DNA of 64,000 nucleotides from an uncultured Bacteroidaceae bacterium (GCA_964539395.1 CAZIIU010000017.1:2378-66377); one strand, 5' to 3'; shown: positions 19,312 to 28,872, numbered from the stretch's first letter. A program made the numbers and translations. Notes: generated from the sequence alone by a model not told the origin.

Positions 19312-19577
19312 GAGGCGGACATGCTCATAAGGAATTAAACCAGCTTATTGTTGCTGCCAGCGGTTCATTCAATGTTTTACTTGATGACGGAAATTATAAA
19401 AAAGTTGTTGAATTGAATCGACCCTATTATGGATTACTGGTTAAACCTGGTATCTGGAGAGAACTGGTAAATTTTTCTTCTGGAGCAATTTGCCTTGTCC
19501 TCGCGTCGGAAAAGTTCATCGAAGAAGATTATATACGCAATTATTTAGATTTTTTAAGGTGGAAATCCAGGAAGTAA
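19308..19577 (+). pseudogene. 5'-truncated FdtA/WxcM-type sugar 3,4-ketoisomerase (cupin) remnant
   Basis: RGGHAHKELNQLIVAASGSFNVLLDDGNYKKVVELNRPYYGLLVKPGIWRELVNFSSGAICLVLASEKFIEEDYIRNY aligns residue-for-residue with residues about 52-139 of the intact copy at 31334..31753. The first roughly 51 codons are missing. Confidence 0.8.
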
Positions 19578-20500
19578 CTAAAGAGTATTACTCTAACATA
19601 ATAAATAATCCAAATCATATCTTTGGACTGCCTGCTTTTAATGATCTGAACAGAAAAAAGTGTAAAAAAGTATATTATTTATTATTCAGGGATAGCAGAT
19701 ACAGACTTGGACTTATCGGAGGCATAAAAGATGATTTTTTTTTATCGCCTTTTTCTGCACCTTTTAATGGCTTTTCTTATCTGAGTTCTGATATTAAGTT
19801 AAGACATATCGAAGATGCTATTATTGCATTGGAAGATTGGGCTTTTAAAAATAAATTGAAAAAAATTAGACTAATACTACCTCCCGCGATCTATAGTCCG
19901 GATTTCCTGACCAAGCAAATTAATTGTTTCTGGCGTCACGATTATCTCATAAAGAATATCGATTTGAACTATTCTTTTAACCTATCATTTCTTGATAGTA
20001 ACTATCCTGATAATATATGGCGAAATGCGAGAAAAAATTTAAATACATCCTTTAAATCCGGATTCATATTTGAAAAATGTGAAACCCGTGAAGAGCAGAA
20101 AAAAGTCTACGATATAATATATGAGAACAGGAAATTGCGCGGATTTCCACTTCGAATGTGTTGGGAACAGGTTCAATCAACTATCGAAATCATACACGCT
20201 GACTTTTTCATTTTGAAATCTATTAAAAATGAATTAATCGCATCGGCAATAGTTTTTTATGTTGTTGATAATATCGTCCAGGTAATATACTGGGGAGATC
20301 TTCCAGAATTTTCTTCCATGAGGCCAATGAATTTTCTTTCATATAAATTATTTGAATATTATAAAAATATGGGAATAAGCATTGTTGATCTGGGGCCATC
20401 AACTGAAAATTCAGTCCCCAATTATGGCCTTGCAGAATTCAAAGAAAGTATTGGATGCTCAGTAGAGCCTAAATATACAATTGAGAAGATTTTTTCATGA
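19559..20500 (+). CDS. FemAB-like / GNAT-fold (Acetyltransf_6-type) acyl- or aminoacyl-transferase
   Basis: The likely start is GTG 19559 (MEIQEVTKEYYS...); the track ORF from 19490 overlaps the fdtA remnant. The block ASAIVFYVVDNIVQVIYWGDLPEFSSMRPMNFLSYKLFEYYKNMGISIVDLGPS resembles the C-terminal FemAB-family block. The assignment is from memory. Confidence 0.45.
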   Translation: MEIQEVTKEYYSNIINNPNHIFGLPAFNDLNRKKCKKVYYLLFRDSRYRLGLIGGIKDDFFLSPFSAPFNGFSYLSSDIKLRHIEDAIIALEDWAFKNKLKKIRLILPPAIYSPDFLTKQINCFWRHDYLIKNIDLNYSFNLSFLDSNYPDNIWRNARKNLNTSFKSGFIFEKCETREEQKKVYDIIYENRKLRGFPLRMCWEQVQSTIEIIHADFFILKSIKNELIASAIVFYVVDNIVQVIYWGDLPEFSSMRPMNFLSYKLFEYYKNMGISIVDLGPSTENSVPNYGLAEFKESIGCSVEPKYTIEKIFS

Positions 20501-21420
20501 TGTTTGTTATTCCACCGGATCCATATTTGACGCCATCATTTCGGATAAGTCCATTCAGAACCTCAGATATTGCATTTAATAATAATCTGGATGAGAGTAC
20601 ATTAATAACAGATTATTTAGATGAAAGATTCGGAAAGAGAAAATATGCATTAACTAAAAATGGAAGACAGTCAATCCACATCGCGCTATCAAATTATAAC
20701 CTTCAAAGAGACGATGTGGTCACAATACTTACGACTACCGGGAATCAGTATATTAGTAGTTGTGTTACAAATGAAATAGAAGAATTTTGTAAATGGTCAA
20801 GGAAAATTGAAACATCCACAAAAGTCCTGTTTGTTAATCATGAGTTCGGTTTTCCTTATCCAGGATTAAATACCTTGAAGGAGCATGGGTTACCTGTTAT
20901 TGAAGATTGCGCGCATTCATTCTTTTCAAAAGATAATGACAATTCTGTTGGTAAAACCGGAGACTACGTTATTTTCAGTTTTCCTAAAATGTTCCCGATC
21001 CAGATAGGTGGTTTAATAGTAGCAAACAGGGATAATCCATTACGAAGCCCCTCTTTACCTGTTGTGGAAGATCAATATATTAGAAAAGTAGTTTCGCATC
21101 ACCTTCAACGTAAAGAGGATATTATACATTCCCGATTGAGGAATTATAGGATGTTGACCAATCTTTTTGAATCACTTGATGTATATCCAAGATTCAAATT
21201 AAAACCAGGATTAGTTCCCGGGGTGTTCATGTTTACAACTTCCAGTCATCAAATTGATCTGCAGGAATTAAAGAAATATTGCTATTCAAATGGCATACAA
21301 AGCAGTGTTTTTTATGGAGAAGAGGCATTTTATATTCCTGTTCATCAAGTGCTTAAAGCTGATGAACTTATGTACTTTTTTGAAGTTATAAAAGATTTCT
21401 TAACACACTACTCAAAATGA
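20497..21420 (+). CDS. Short DegT-like / fold-type I PLP-dependent enzyme homologue
   Basis: 307 aa. LPVIEDCAHSF and VIFSFPKMFPIQIGG resemble the DegT ED-x-AH and SF-x-x-K (PLP Lys) blocks. It has an ATGA overlap with the upstream gene. Confidence 0.4.
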   Translation: MMFVIPPDPYLTPSFRISPFRTSDIAFNNNLDESTLITDYLDERFGKRKYALTKNGRQSIHIALSNYNLQRDDVVTILTTTGNQYISSCVTNEIEEFCKWSRKIETSTKVLFVNHEFGFPYPGLNTLKEHGLPVIEDCAHSFFSKDNDNSVGKTGDYVIFSFPKMFPIQIGGLIVANRDNPLRSPSLPVVEDQYIRKVVSHHLQRKEDIIHSRLRNYRMLTNLFESLDVYPRFKLKPGLVPGVFMFTTSSHQIDLQELKKYCYSNGIQSSVFYGEEAFYIPVHQVLKADELMYFFEVIKDFLTHYSK

Positions 21421-21478
21421 AATACAGGAAAATAATGTGGACATTCACTAAAGAGGGATGATTTAAATTATCTGGTCA

Positions 21479-21769
21479 ATGATAGAATTTCTGGATTTAC
21501 AAAAAATTACACAGGCGTTTCAGCCTGAATTAAATATGGCTATAGCTCGTGTAGTAAATCGCGGCTGGTATCTTTTAGGAGAAGAACTGAATGAGTTTGA
21601 ACGTGCTTTTGCCTCCTATATCGGTGTAAAATATTGTATAGGAGTTGGAAATGGACTTGAATTACCAATAACTGAAAAGATTCATAATGAAATCTTAAGC
21701 TTTCCTATTAGCCCGTTTCTTACATTAGACCAAGCTCAAAAGATTACTGATCTGGTAAATGAATTTTAA
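21479..21769 (+). pseudogene. FdtB-type aminotransferase remnant with an in-frame internal deletion of about 290 codons
   Basis: Residues 1-61 ([36 protein letters not shown]...IGVGNGLE) align with the N-terminus of the 32309..33481 product. Residues 62-96 (LPITEKIHNEILSFPISPFLT...) align with its last 38 aa. The PLP-lysine region is absent. The junction is near nt 21662. Confidence 0.8.
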
Positions 21770-21808
21770 AAATATTAGGTTATCAATGCGTATTGAAATC
21801 TTCTTAAA

Positions 21809-22669
21809 ATGAAAGATAAAAAATCAAACTATACCATAAATATTCAACCGAGAGGTAAATTCCTAAATCTTAATTTTGATGAATTATGGAAATATAGAGA
21901 TTTATTATATATGTATGTTAAAAGAGATATTATAACCTTTTACAAACAAACAGTTCTGGGTCCGATCTGGTTCTTTATCCAACCTATATTTATGACGGTA
22001 ATTTACATGTTTGTGTTTGGTGGATTAGCAGGAATATCAACAGACGGAATACCACAGCCTCTTTTTTACTTGTCCGGTATTACTTTGTGGCAATATTTCT
22101 CTGAATCACTTACCAAAACTTCTGATACTTTTTTTACGAATCAAGCCATCTTTGGAAAGGTGTATTTTCCAAGACTAATTGCTCCGTTAGCAATTACTAT
22201 CAGTGGATTGCTTAAAATGTTTATTCAATTTGGATTATTTGCCATTGTGTATATATATTTCCTTACCAAAGGAACTAATGTTTCGCCTAATCTCCATGCT
22301 CTGCTTTTTCCATTATTAGTATTAATGCTGGCTGGTCTTGCCCTTGGATTTGGTACAATTATCACTTCATTGACAACTAAATATCGTGATTTGAAATTCC
22401 TGATAACATTTGGTGTTCAACTTTGGATGTACGCCACACCTGTCATTTATCCATTATCGGTGATGAAAGGGAGCTATGAAAAATATATGTGGATAATTCA
22501 GGCCAATCCTTTAACAGCCATTATGGAAACATTCAAATATGGATTTTTAGGTGAAGGGACATTTTCATGGTGGGCACTTGCATACAGTTTTCTGTTTACG
22601 GTGATAGTATTGGTAGGGGGAATGATTATTTTTAATCGTGTAGAAAGAACTTTTATGGATATCATCTAA
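21809..22669 (+). CDS. wzm: ABC-2 type polysaccharide exporter permease (Wzm/TagG-like)
   Basis: 286 aa with about 6 TM segments and the typical N-terminal LWKYRDLLYMYVKRDIITFYKQTVLGPIWFFIQP. Confidence 0.85.
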   Translation: MKDKKSNYTINIQPRGKFLNLNFDELWKYRDLLYMYVKRDIITFYKQTVLGPIWFFIQPIFMTVIYMFVFGGLAGISTDGIPQPLFYLSGITLWQYFSESLTKTSDTFFTNQAIFGKVYFPRLIAPLAITISGLLKMFIQFGLFAIVYIYFLTKGTNVSPNLHALLFPLLVLMLAGLALGFGTIITSLTTKYRDLKFLITFGVQLWMYATPVIYPLSVMKGSYEKYMWIIQANPLTAIMETFKYGFLGEGTFSWWALAYSFLFTVIVLVGGMIIFNRVERTFMDII

Positions 22670-22682
22670 ATCTACTAACTCA

Positions 22683-24029
22683 ATGAAAGAGAAGTCAATT
22701 ATTTTTGAAAACATATCAAAACAGTATCAACTCGGTAGAATTGGCACCGGCACACTGAGTCATGATCTGAAAAGATGGTGGATCCTAAATGTGCAGCGGA
22801 AGGAAGATCCATACTTGAAAATTGGAGAAAAAAACGATCGATCGGAAAATGCTAAAGGAAGCAGGGTTTGGGCACTTAAAAATGTAAACCTCGAAATTGA
22901 GACAGGAGAGGTACTGGGTATTATCGGTAAAAATGGTGCAGGAAAGTCAACCTTGCTCAAGATTCTGTCCAGGGTCACTGCTCCTACTACTGGCAGTATC
23001 ACAGCCTTCGGAAGAATAGCCTCATTGTTGGAAGTTGGTACAGGTTTTCATCCTGAAATGACAGGCAGGGAGAATATCTATATGAATGGCACAATAATGG
23101 GTATGACCAAATCTGAGATCAATAAAAAATTTGATGAAATAGTTGATTTTGCCGGGGTGGCAAAATACATAGATACTCCTGTGAAAAGGTACAGTAGCGG
23201 TATGACAGTTCGGCTTGGATTTGCAATTGCGGCTCATTTGGAGCCGGAAATCCTGGTCGTGGATGAGGTCCTGGCCGTTGGGGATGCAGAATTTCAGAAG
23301 AAGGCAATCGGTAAAATGAAGGATGTCTCAAAGGGAGAAGGAAGGACTGTTTTGTTTGTAAGTCATAACATGGGTTCAATAAATGCGTTGTGTACAAAAG
23401 CTATGCTGCTTGACAATGGAGAAGTTACAGCAATTGGTGAAACTCCCAAAATAACGTCTCTTTATTTCAATAGTACTGGTGGTGCTTCCGGAGAATTCAA
23501 AATTGGAAGGGCAGCTCCTGATGAGGAAGTTGTGATTGATAAGGCTCGACTGCTGAATGATAATAATGAAACGACAAATACTTTCGGTTTTGGAGAGACT
23601 ATGACGGTTGAGTTGTTGTTAAATACACACGAAGAGATTATTAGCCCGTATATCTGGATATTGATACAGAATTCCAAGGGGCCGGTATCAGCAGCAACCG
23701 GGATGCTGGATGGATACAGAACTGAGAAGCTTACTAAGGGTCAAAATATAGTAAGATGTACATTTTTTAGTTTACCGCTCTTACATGATATATATACACT
23801 TCGTGTAGGAATTAGATCAAATGACGGAACCAGGTTGATTACTAAGTCAAAAGATGTAGGAGAATTCAACATTGTCGGAGAATTAGGTAATTTAGGATTG
23901 AATGGGGATTTGGCAGATATTCTTGCACACGATTTGTATCCTCCCTTAATACCATATCAGTGGGAATTTAACGATGGTAAAACATATACATTTGATATAA
24001 ATAATTATGTCAAACGAAAAAGAATTTGA
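22683..24029 (+). CDS. wzt: ABC polysaccharide exporter ATPase with a C-terminal glycan-binding extension (Wzt-like)
   Basis: Contains Walker A GKNGAGKST, the signature YSSGM, and Walker B ILVVDE. A roughly 190-aa C-terminal extension lies beyond the NBD, as in CBM-bearing Wzt proteins. Confidence 0.88.
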   Translation: MKEKSIIFENISKQYQLGRIGTGTLSHDLKRWWILNVQRKEDPYLKIGEKNDRSENAKGSRVWALKNVNLEIETGEVLGIIGKNGAGKSTLLKILSRVTAPTTGSITAFGRIASLLEVGTGFHPEMTGRENIYMNGTIMGMTKSEINKKFDEIVDFAGVAKYIDTPVKRYSSGMTVRLGFAIAAHLEPEILVVDEVLAVGDAEFQKKAIGKMKDVSKGEGRTVLFVSHNMGSINALCTKAMLLDNGEVTAIGETPKITSLYFNSTGGASGEFKIGRAAPDEEVVIDKARLLNDNNETTNTFGFGETMTVELLLNTHEEIISPYIWILIQNSKGPVSAATGMLDGYRTEKLTKGQNIVRCTFFSLPLLHDIYTLRVGIRSNDGTRLITKSKDVGEFNIVGELGNLGLNGDLADILAHDLYPPLIPYQWEFNDGKTYTFDINNYVKRKRI

Positions 24030-24071
24030 AGTATTATAAACTAAGTTTAAATAGAAAACAAAATTATTATT

Positions 24072-25532
24072 ATGAAGACTCTTTTCTTTAACAGTGAGAT
24101 GATTTGGACAACACATCTCGGGACCACCCTTGAATTAATGGAGAAGCATCTTGAGAAGAATGATGAAGTAGTAACTTTTGTATGTAATAGCTTTCTTCAC
24201 CATTGTGATCAAAATCTATCCGGAGATTCAAATGTGTGTAGAAAATGCATTTATAAAAGGAAACGCGGCTTTTCTTTACTCTCCGGTAGAATAAGAACCG
24301 TCAATATTGAATTTGAAAAAAGGGATTATGAATATATCAACAATGAAACAACCCTTGACCAGTTGAAGCAAGTATATCATAAAGGCTTTGATGTAGGGAT
24401 GGCGGTTGTTTCGTCTTTGGTATCAAGAAAGCGAGATGCAAATATATCTGTGAAAGAATATTATACTTTGTTCAATTATATGATTAATACAGCATCAGGT
24501 TTATATGATTTTTTTAAACAAAAATTATTCGAAGAAGAACCTGATATTGTGTATATTTTCAATGGAAGGTTTGACTATGACAGGGCATTGCTAAGAGCAT
24601 GTGAAGATTTAGGAATACATTATTTCATTTATGATGGCGCCGGTTCGATTTATAAATATGTTTTAGTTGAAAACACAACGCTTCACAGCATAAGCGGATT
24701 GCAAAATAGAATAAATAAGAGCTGGGATGAAAGCAATTTGCCACATGAACAAAAAATAAAAATAGGAGAGAAATTTTATCATCAACAAAGATTTGGAGCA
24801 AAGGAAGCTGAATTCTATTTTGTTAAGGATCAGGAGCAAAATCTCCTTCCTTCAAATTGGAATACGGAAAAAACCAATTTAACATTTTTTTTGTCATCTG
24901 AAGATGAATTTGTTGCAATTGGAGATGAATGGAATATGAAAGTCTATAATAATCAACTTGATGGATTGAGCAAAATATTAAATCATTTTGAGAATATTAA
25001 TCATGATTTTGAATTTTATATAAGAATACATCCCAATACTTTGGGAACCAGTCCAATTTTTGTTGATTCAGTTACTAAATTGCAACGTAAATGGGTTCAT
25101 GTAATTCAACCCGAGTCAAAAATTAGTTCTTACGCCTTATTATTAAATAGTGATAAAGCAATTGTCTTTGGATCAACTATGGGAATTGAGGCGAGTTTTT
25201 GGAAGGTCCCATCAATAACCTTAGGAATAGCAATATACAAGGGTTTAGGGGTAGCTCATGAGCCACAGTCGCATCAGGAAGCAATTGAAATGATATTAAA
25301 TAAAAGCCTGGAATATATTTCAAGTATAAATATATCAAAATACGGTTTTCATTTTATTGAAGAAGGAATACCTTACAAATATTATCAGCCTGTTAGTAAC
25401 GGTGTAGGATCCTTTAAAGGGCTTGATTTACATCAATATAACTTAACAAGATTTCAAAGGTTTCGCAAAATTATAAGACCATATACTCCAACTCCATTAA
25501 TCAAAGCTTATAGAAAAATTGCTTCAACGTAG
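24072..25532 (+). CDS. Capsule_synth-like (KpsC/KpsS/WbbB-type, CMP-sugar dependent) transferase candidate
   Basis: 486 aa. The C-terminal block FYIRIHPN ... NSDKAIVFGSTMGIEASFWKVPSITLGIAIYKG resembles the end of Capsule_synth-family proteins. There is an N-terminal Cys cluster CNSFLHHC...CRKC. This is a low-certainty recall. Confidence 0.35.
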   Translation: MKTLFFNSEMIWTTHLGTTLELMEKHLEKNDEVVTFVCNSFLHHCDQNLSGDSNVCRKCIYKRKRGFSLLSGRIRTVNIEFEKRDYEYINNETTLDQLKQVYHKGFDVGMAVVSSLVSRKRDANISVKEYYTLFNYMINTASGLYDFFKQKLFEEEPDIVYIFNGRFDYDRALLRACEDLGIHYFIYDGAGSIYKYVLVENTTLHSISGLQNRINKSWDESNLPHEQKIKIGEKFYHQQRFGAKEAEFYFVKDQEQNLLPSNWNTEKTNLTFFLSSEDEFVAIGDEWNMKVYNNQLDGLSKILNHFENINHDFEFYIRIHPNTLGTSPIFVDSVTKLQRKWVHVIQPESKISSYALLLNSDKAIVFGSTMGIEASFWKVPSITLGIAIYKGLGVAHEPQSHQEAIEMILNKSLEYISSINISKYGFHFIEEGIPYKYYQPVSNGVGSFKGLDLHQYNLTRFQRFRKIIRPYTPTPLIKAYRKIAST

Positions 25533-25671
25533 ATTGAGATATTTTTGTAAAAGGAAATAAATGATCTCTATTTAATACATTGATAATGTGTGATTAAAAG
25601 ATGTTGATGCAAAAAAATTAATTTATCTTAATGAATTTTAACTAATGAATATCTTGTTTCTATCGATATTA

Positions 25672-26841
25672 TTAATATGAATCTTCTAAGATATTTAACA
25701 CATCAATTTCATTCAGGCTTTTTAATTTTCCAATTTTACCATTAACACTAGCATATTTTGCAATTGCAGGCAGATCATTTTGATTTATAGCAAGATCTCT
25801 TAGCCTTGTAGGAGCACCTATTTCTTTAAAAAATATTTTTAATTCATTAATGCCTTTAATGGCTATTTCTTTTTTGTTACTGCAATTTAAGTTAAAAATA
25901 TTTTTTGAGAATTTGAAGAATTTCTCTACATCATATTTATAAACATATCTCATCCAGTTTGGAAATATTGCAGATAAACCTTCGGCATGATAAATAGCCG
26001 GATACAATCCACTTATAGCATGTTCTATAGTGTGTGAAGCAAAATCTCCTCCATATCTTCCTGTCGCATTTAATCCATTTAATGCAAGTGTTGAGCACCA
26101 AGCTATTTGCGCCCTGGACTCATAATGATCAGGGTATTTCAGTATATTTTTTCCATGATCCAATAAGGTTAAAATCAATCCTTCTGAAATCCTGTCCTGA
26201 ATATCCACATTCTTCACTCCATTAAAGTAGTATTCCAACACGTGGGTTATTGAATCAACAATTCCATTAACAATCATTCTTCTTGGTAGGGAGTATTGAA
26301 AAGAAGGATCTATAATACTAACTTTTGGATAGGTCAGATTACCAGCTGAAAAAGCTAGTTTTCTCGATTCTTGATTATTTGAAATGATTGCAATTGAGTT
26401 CATTTCCGATCCTGAAGCAGAAAGTGTCAAAACAACGAATATTGGCAATGCATCTGAAACGAGAGATGAGTTTAGAACTAGATCCCAGGGATCGCCACTA
26501 TAAAAATAACCAGCTGCAATTAATTTTACAGAATCAATGACACTGCCTCCACCGATGGCCAGAATAGCATCCACCCTGTTTTCTTTTGCTAAATGAATTG
26601 CTTTTCTAATGATCCCAACATCGGGATTTGTTCTAATTCCAGTGAAAAGAACATACTCTATAGATTTTTTTATTAAACTCCTTAATGCAATATCCGTGTA
26701 ACCATAGTTTGATGATGAGCTTCGACCAGTTACAATTAATACTTTTTTTCTTTTATATACCTCAATTTCATCACCTAAGTTTTCTGTCATGTCCTTACCA
26801 AACAGAATTTTGGTTGGATTTTGGAAATAAAAATTATTCAT
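25672..26841 (-). CDS. Iron-containing (group III) alcohol dehydrogenase
   Basis: 389 aa with the GGGSVIDSVK (GGGSxxDxxK) motif and His-rich metal regions (ITHVLEYY, SHTIEHAISG). Confidence 0.85.
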   Translation of the reverse strand: MNNFYFQNPTKILFGKDMTENLGDEIEVYKRKKVLIVTGRSSSSNYGYTDIALRSLIKKSIEYVLFTGIRTNPDVGIIRKAIHLAKENRVDAILAIGGGSVIDSVKLIAAGYFYSGDPWDLVLNSSLVSDALPIFVVLTLSASGSEMNSIAIISNNQESRKLAFSAGNLTYPKVSIIDPSFQYSLPRRMIVNGIVDSITHVLEYYFNGVKNVDIQDRISEGLILTLLDHGKNILKYPDHYESRAQIAWCSTLALNGLNATGRYGGDFASHTIEHAISGLYPAIYHAEGLSAIFPNWMRYVYKYDVEKFFKFSKNIFNLNCSNKKEIAIKGINELKIFFKEIGAPTRLRDLAINQNDLPAIAKYASVNGKIGKLKSLNEIDVLNILEDSY

Positions 26842-26927
26842 TTTTAAATAATTAATAATGAATGAGGGCGCGGCCTTAACTTAAGCCGAAAAATTGTGTA
26901 AAATTTTGTAACACTTTTTATGTAAAT

Positions 26928-27809
26928 CTATATAGAAATCCATGAATTTGGAATTCTTGAGTCAATTATTTTTTCGTTATTATCCTTGACATACCATTTT
27001 TTTGGCGATATCACAATCTTTTCAGTGTTATTATTTAACCAGGCAGCCCACCAACTGTAACTACTGTTGGCAATTATATTATGTTTGCATAAACTCATTA
27101 ACTTCATGTCAACGTAATTAGCAACAATATCTTTGTGGTCTACGATGACAAGATTTTTGATATTTGAAAAGTTAGCCTGTACGTATTGTGGATCATCGGA
27201 AAAAATAAAAAATCTGGCCTCTTTTACTTTTTTATTACAATAATTTATCGCCTTTTGGTAATAATCATTCGAGAGTGTCGTATATATTGACTTTGCAAAT
27301 TGATTCTTTACATAATCACCACGTCTAATATGAATACTTATTGAATTAGATTCGGCTATAGATTTTGAAATTGTATTAATATATTCATTTTCATCTATAG
27401 AGGGAAACTCGAAATCCTTTTTAAGCACATCTTTTATATCAAGGAAGTATTTTTCACTTTGCCAATAACCAATTAAATATAACGAAGACCCTGCAGACAA
27501 AACTCTAGCGTTGAATTCACGTCCTTGCTCTGATAATATCTTAGGATAAAGCATCTTTTTTAAAATTCTACTATATAAATCAGTCTTATAATATCTTTCA
27601 AGCATTTTTAAATCAGATATTTGGACTGATATATTGTTGAAAATTTTAAGCTCATAATCTCTAAATGTAAAATTATCTCTTTGAGTACGGTCCTCTATAA
27701 ATTTTGTATCAATTATTAATTTTGTATTATGCAACAAAGAGAGCCTTCTGCCACATGCATATTGAAACATTTGATTTCCCAACCCCCCCATAAGACGAAT
27801 TATAATCAT
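26928..27809 (-). CDS. Alpha-1,2-fucosyltransferase (GT11)
   Basis: Contains the N-terminal GGLGNQMFQYACG and SIHIRRGDYV (HxRRGDY motif). Confidence 0.85.
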   Translation of the reverse strand: MIIIRLMGGLGNQMFQYACGRRLSLLHNTKLIIDTKFIEDRTQRDNFTFRDYELKIFNNISVQISDLKMLERYYKTDLYSRILKKMLYPKILSEQGREFNARVLSAGSSLYLIGYWQSEKYFLDIKDVLKKDFEFPSIDENEYINTISKSIAESNSISIHIRRGDYVKNQFAKSIYTTLSNDYYQKAINYCNKKVKEARFFIFSDDPQYVQANFSNIKNLVIVDHKDIVANYVDMKLMSLCKHNIIANSSYSWWAAWLNNNTEKIVISPKKWYVKDNNEKIIDSRIPNSWISI

Positions 27810-27867
27810 ATTTTAATCTGTATTAAATATTGGTTCAAAAGTTCTCGACTTTATGGAAAATTTATAT

Positions 27868-28872
27868 TTAGACTGGTTTTTCAACAATAACGTTATTTAG
27901 AGCCTTTTGCAATGCCCGATCAAGAATATATCTTGAAGGATTAAAGCGCGATGTAAATTTAAATAACCATATACAAAATCTAGTATTCCTGTTTAAACCA
28001 AGCAAATCGAATAATCTTTTTCGAAAATGCTCAAGATTATTAGATGCCCGTTCAAGAATCGGGATTTCGGGATATAAATAATCTTTATAAAATGGTCTGG
28101 CCTTGATATAAAAATCCGTATAAATTTTGTTTATAGGATCATGTAAAACAGAGGTGTTATGGCGGCGGTAATATACAGCTAATTTATTACTTCCATATAT
28201 TTTGAATCCTGCTTTTGATAATTTCAGTAGTATAGGCCAATCTTCTATCCATCTGTACTTCTCATCAAATCCACCGACCTGTATAATTGCTGATCTTCTG
28301 AGCGCCATACCTGAGCTCCAAACATAATCTCTTCTTAATAAAATATTATATTGTTGCTCACTGGTAATTCTTGAGTAAAAAAATACATAATTTTCGGGTA
28401 GTATACGAATGCCAAATTTGTCTTCTTTAAGTTCTTGCTCAAAAAATTGTATTGAGAAAGATAGAATGGAACAGTCTGGATTAAATGTTACATAATCAAC
28501 TATATTTTTTACACAATCTTTATGTAAAACATCATCACCAGCAACAAACTTTAGCCATCTTCCATGTGCATTATTAAGACCGCGATTGCAGTTTGCTGGA
28601 ATGCCTGTATTTACTGAGCTGCGAATAATCTTACACCTTACAAATATTGATTGGTTTGCATTAATCCATTTTGTACAAATCTCTAAAGTCTTATCCTGAG
28701 AATTATCATCAGTTATTATTAATTCTATTTTTTCGTATGTTTGATTCTTTATGCTTTCTAATGTTTCCAATATATATTTAGCCGAATTATATGTAACAAC
28801 AACAACTGAAACGAGAAAGTTATCATTATATTCTGTTATTTGTTCATCTGATTTGATAATTGGCTTTACCAT
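27868..28872 (-). CDS. Family 2 glycosyltransferase
   Basis: Contains VSVVVVTYNSAKYILETLESIKNQTY, ITDDNSQDKT and FVAGDDVL (DxD). Confidence 0.85.
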   Translation of the reverse strand: MVKPIIKSDEQITEYNDNFLVSVVVVTYNSAKYILETLESIKNQTYEKIELIITDDNSQDKTLEICTKWINANQSIFVRCKIIRSSVNTGIPANCNRGLNNAHGRWLKFVAGDDVLHKDCVKNIVDYVTFNPDCSILSFSIQFFEQELKEDKFGIRILPENYVFFYSRITSEQQYNILLRRDYVWSSGMALRRSAIIQVGGFDEKYRWIEDWPILLKLSKAGFKIYGSNKLAVYYRRHNTSVLHDPINKIYTDFYIKARPFYKDYLYPEIPILERASNNLEHFRKRLFDLLGLNRNTRFCIWLFKFTSRFNPSRYILDRALQKALNNVIVEKPV

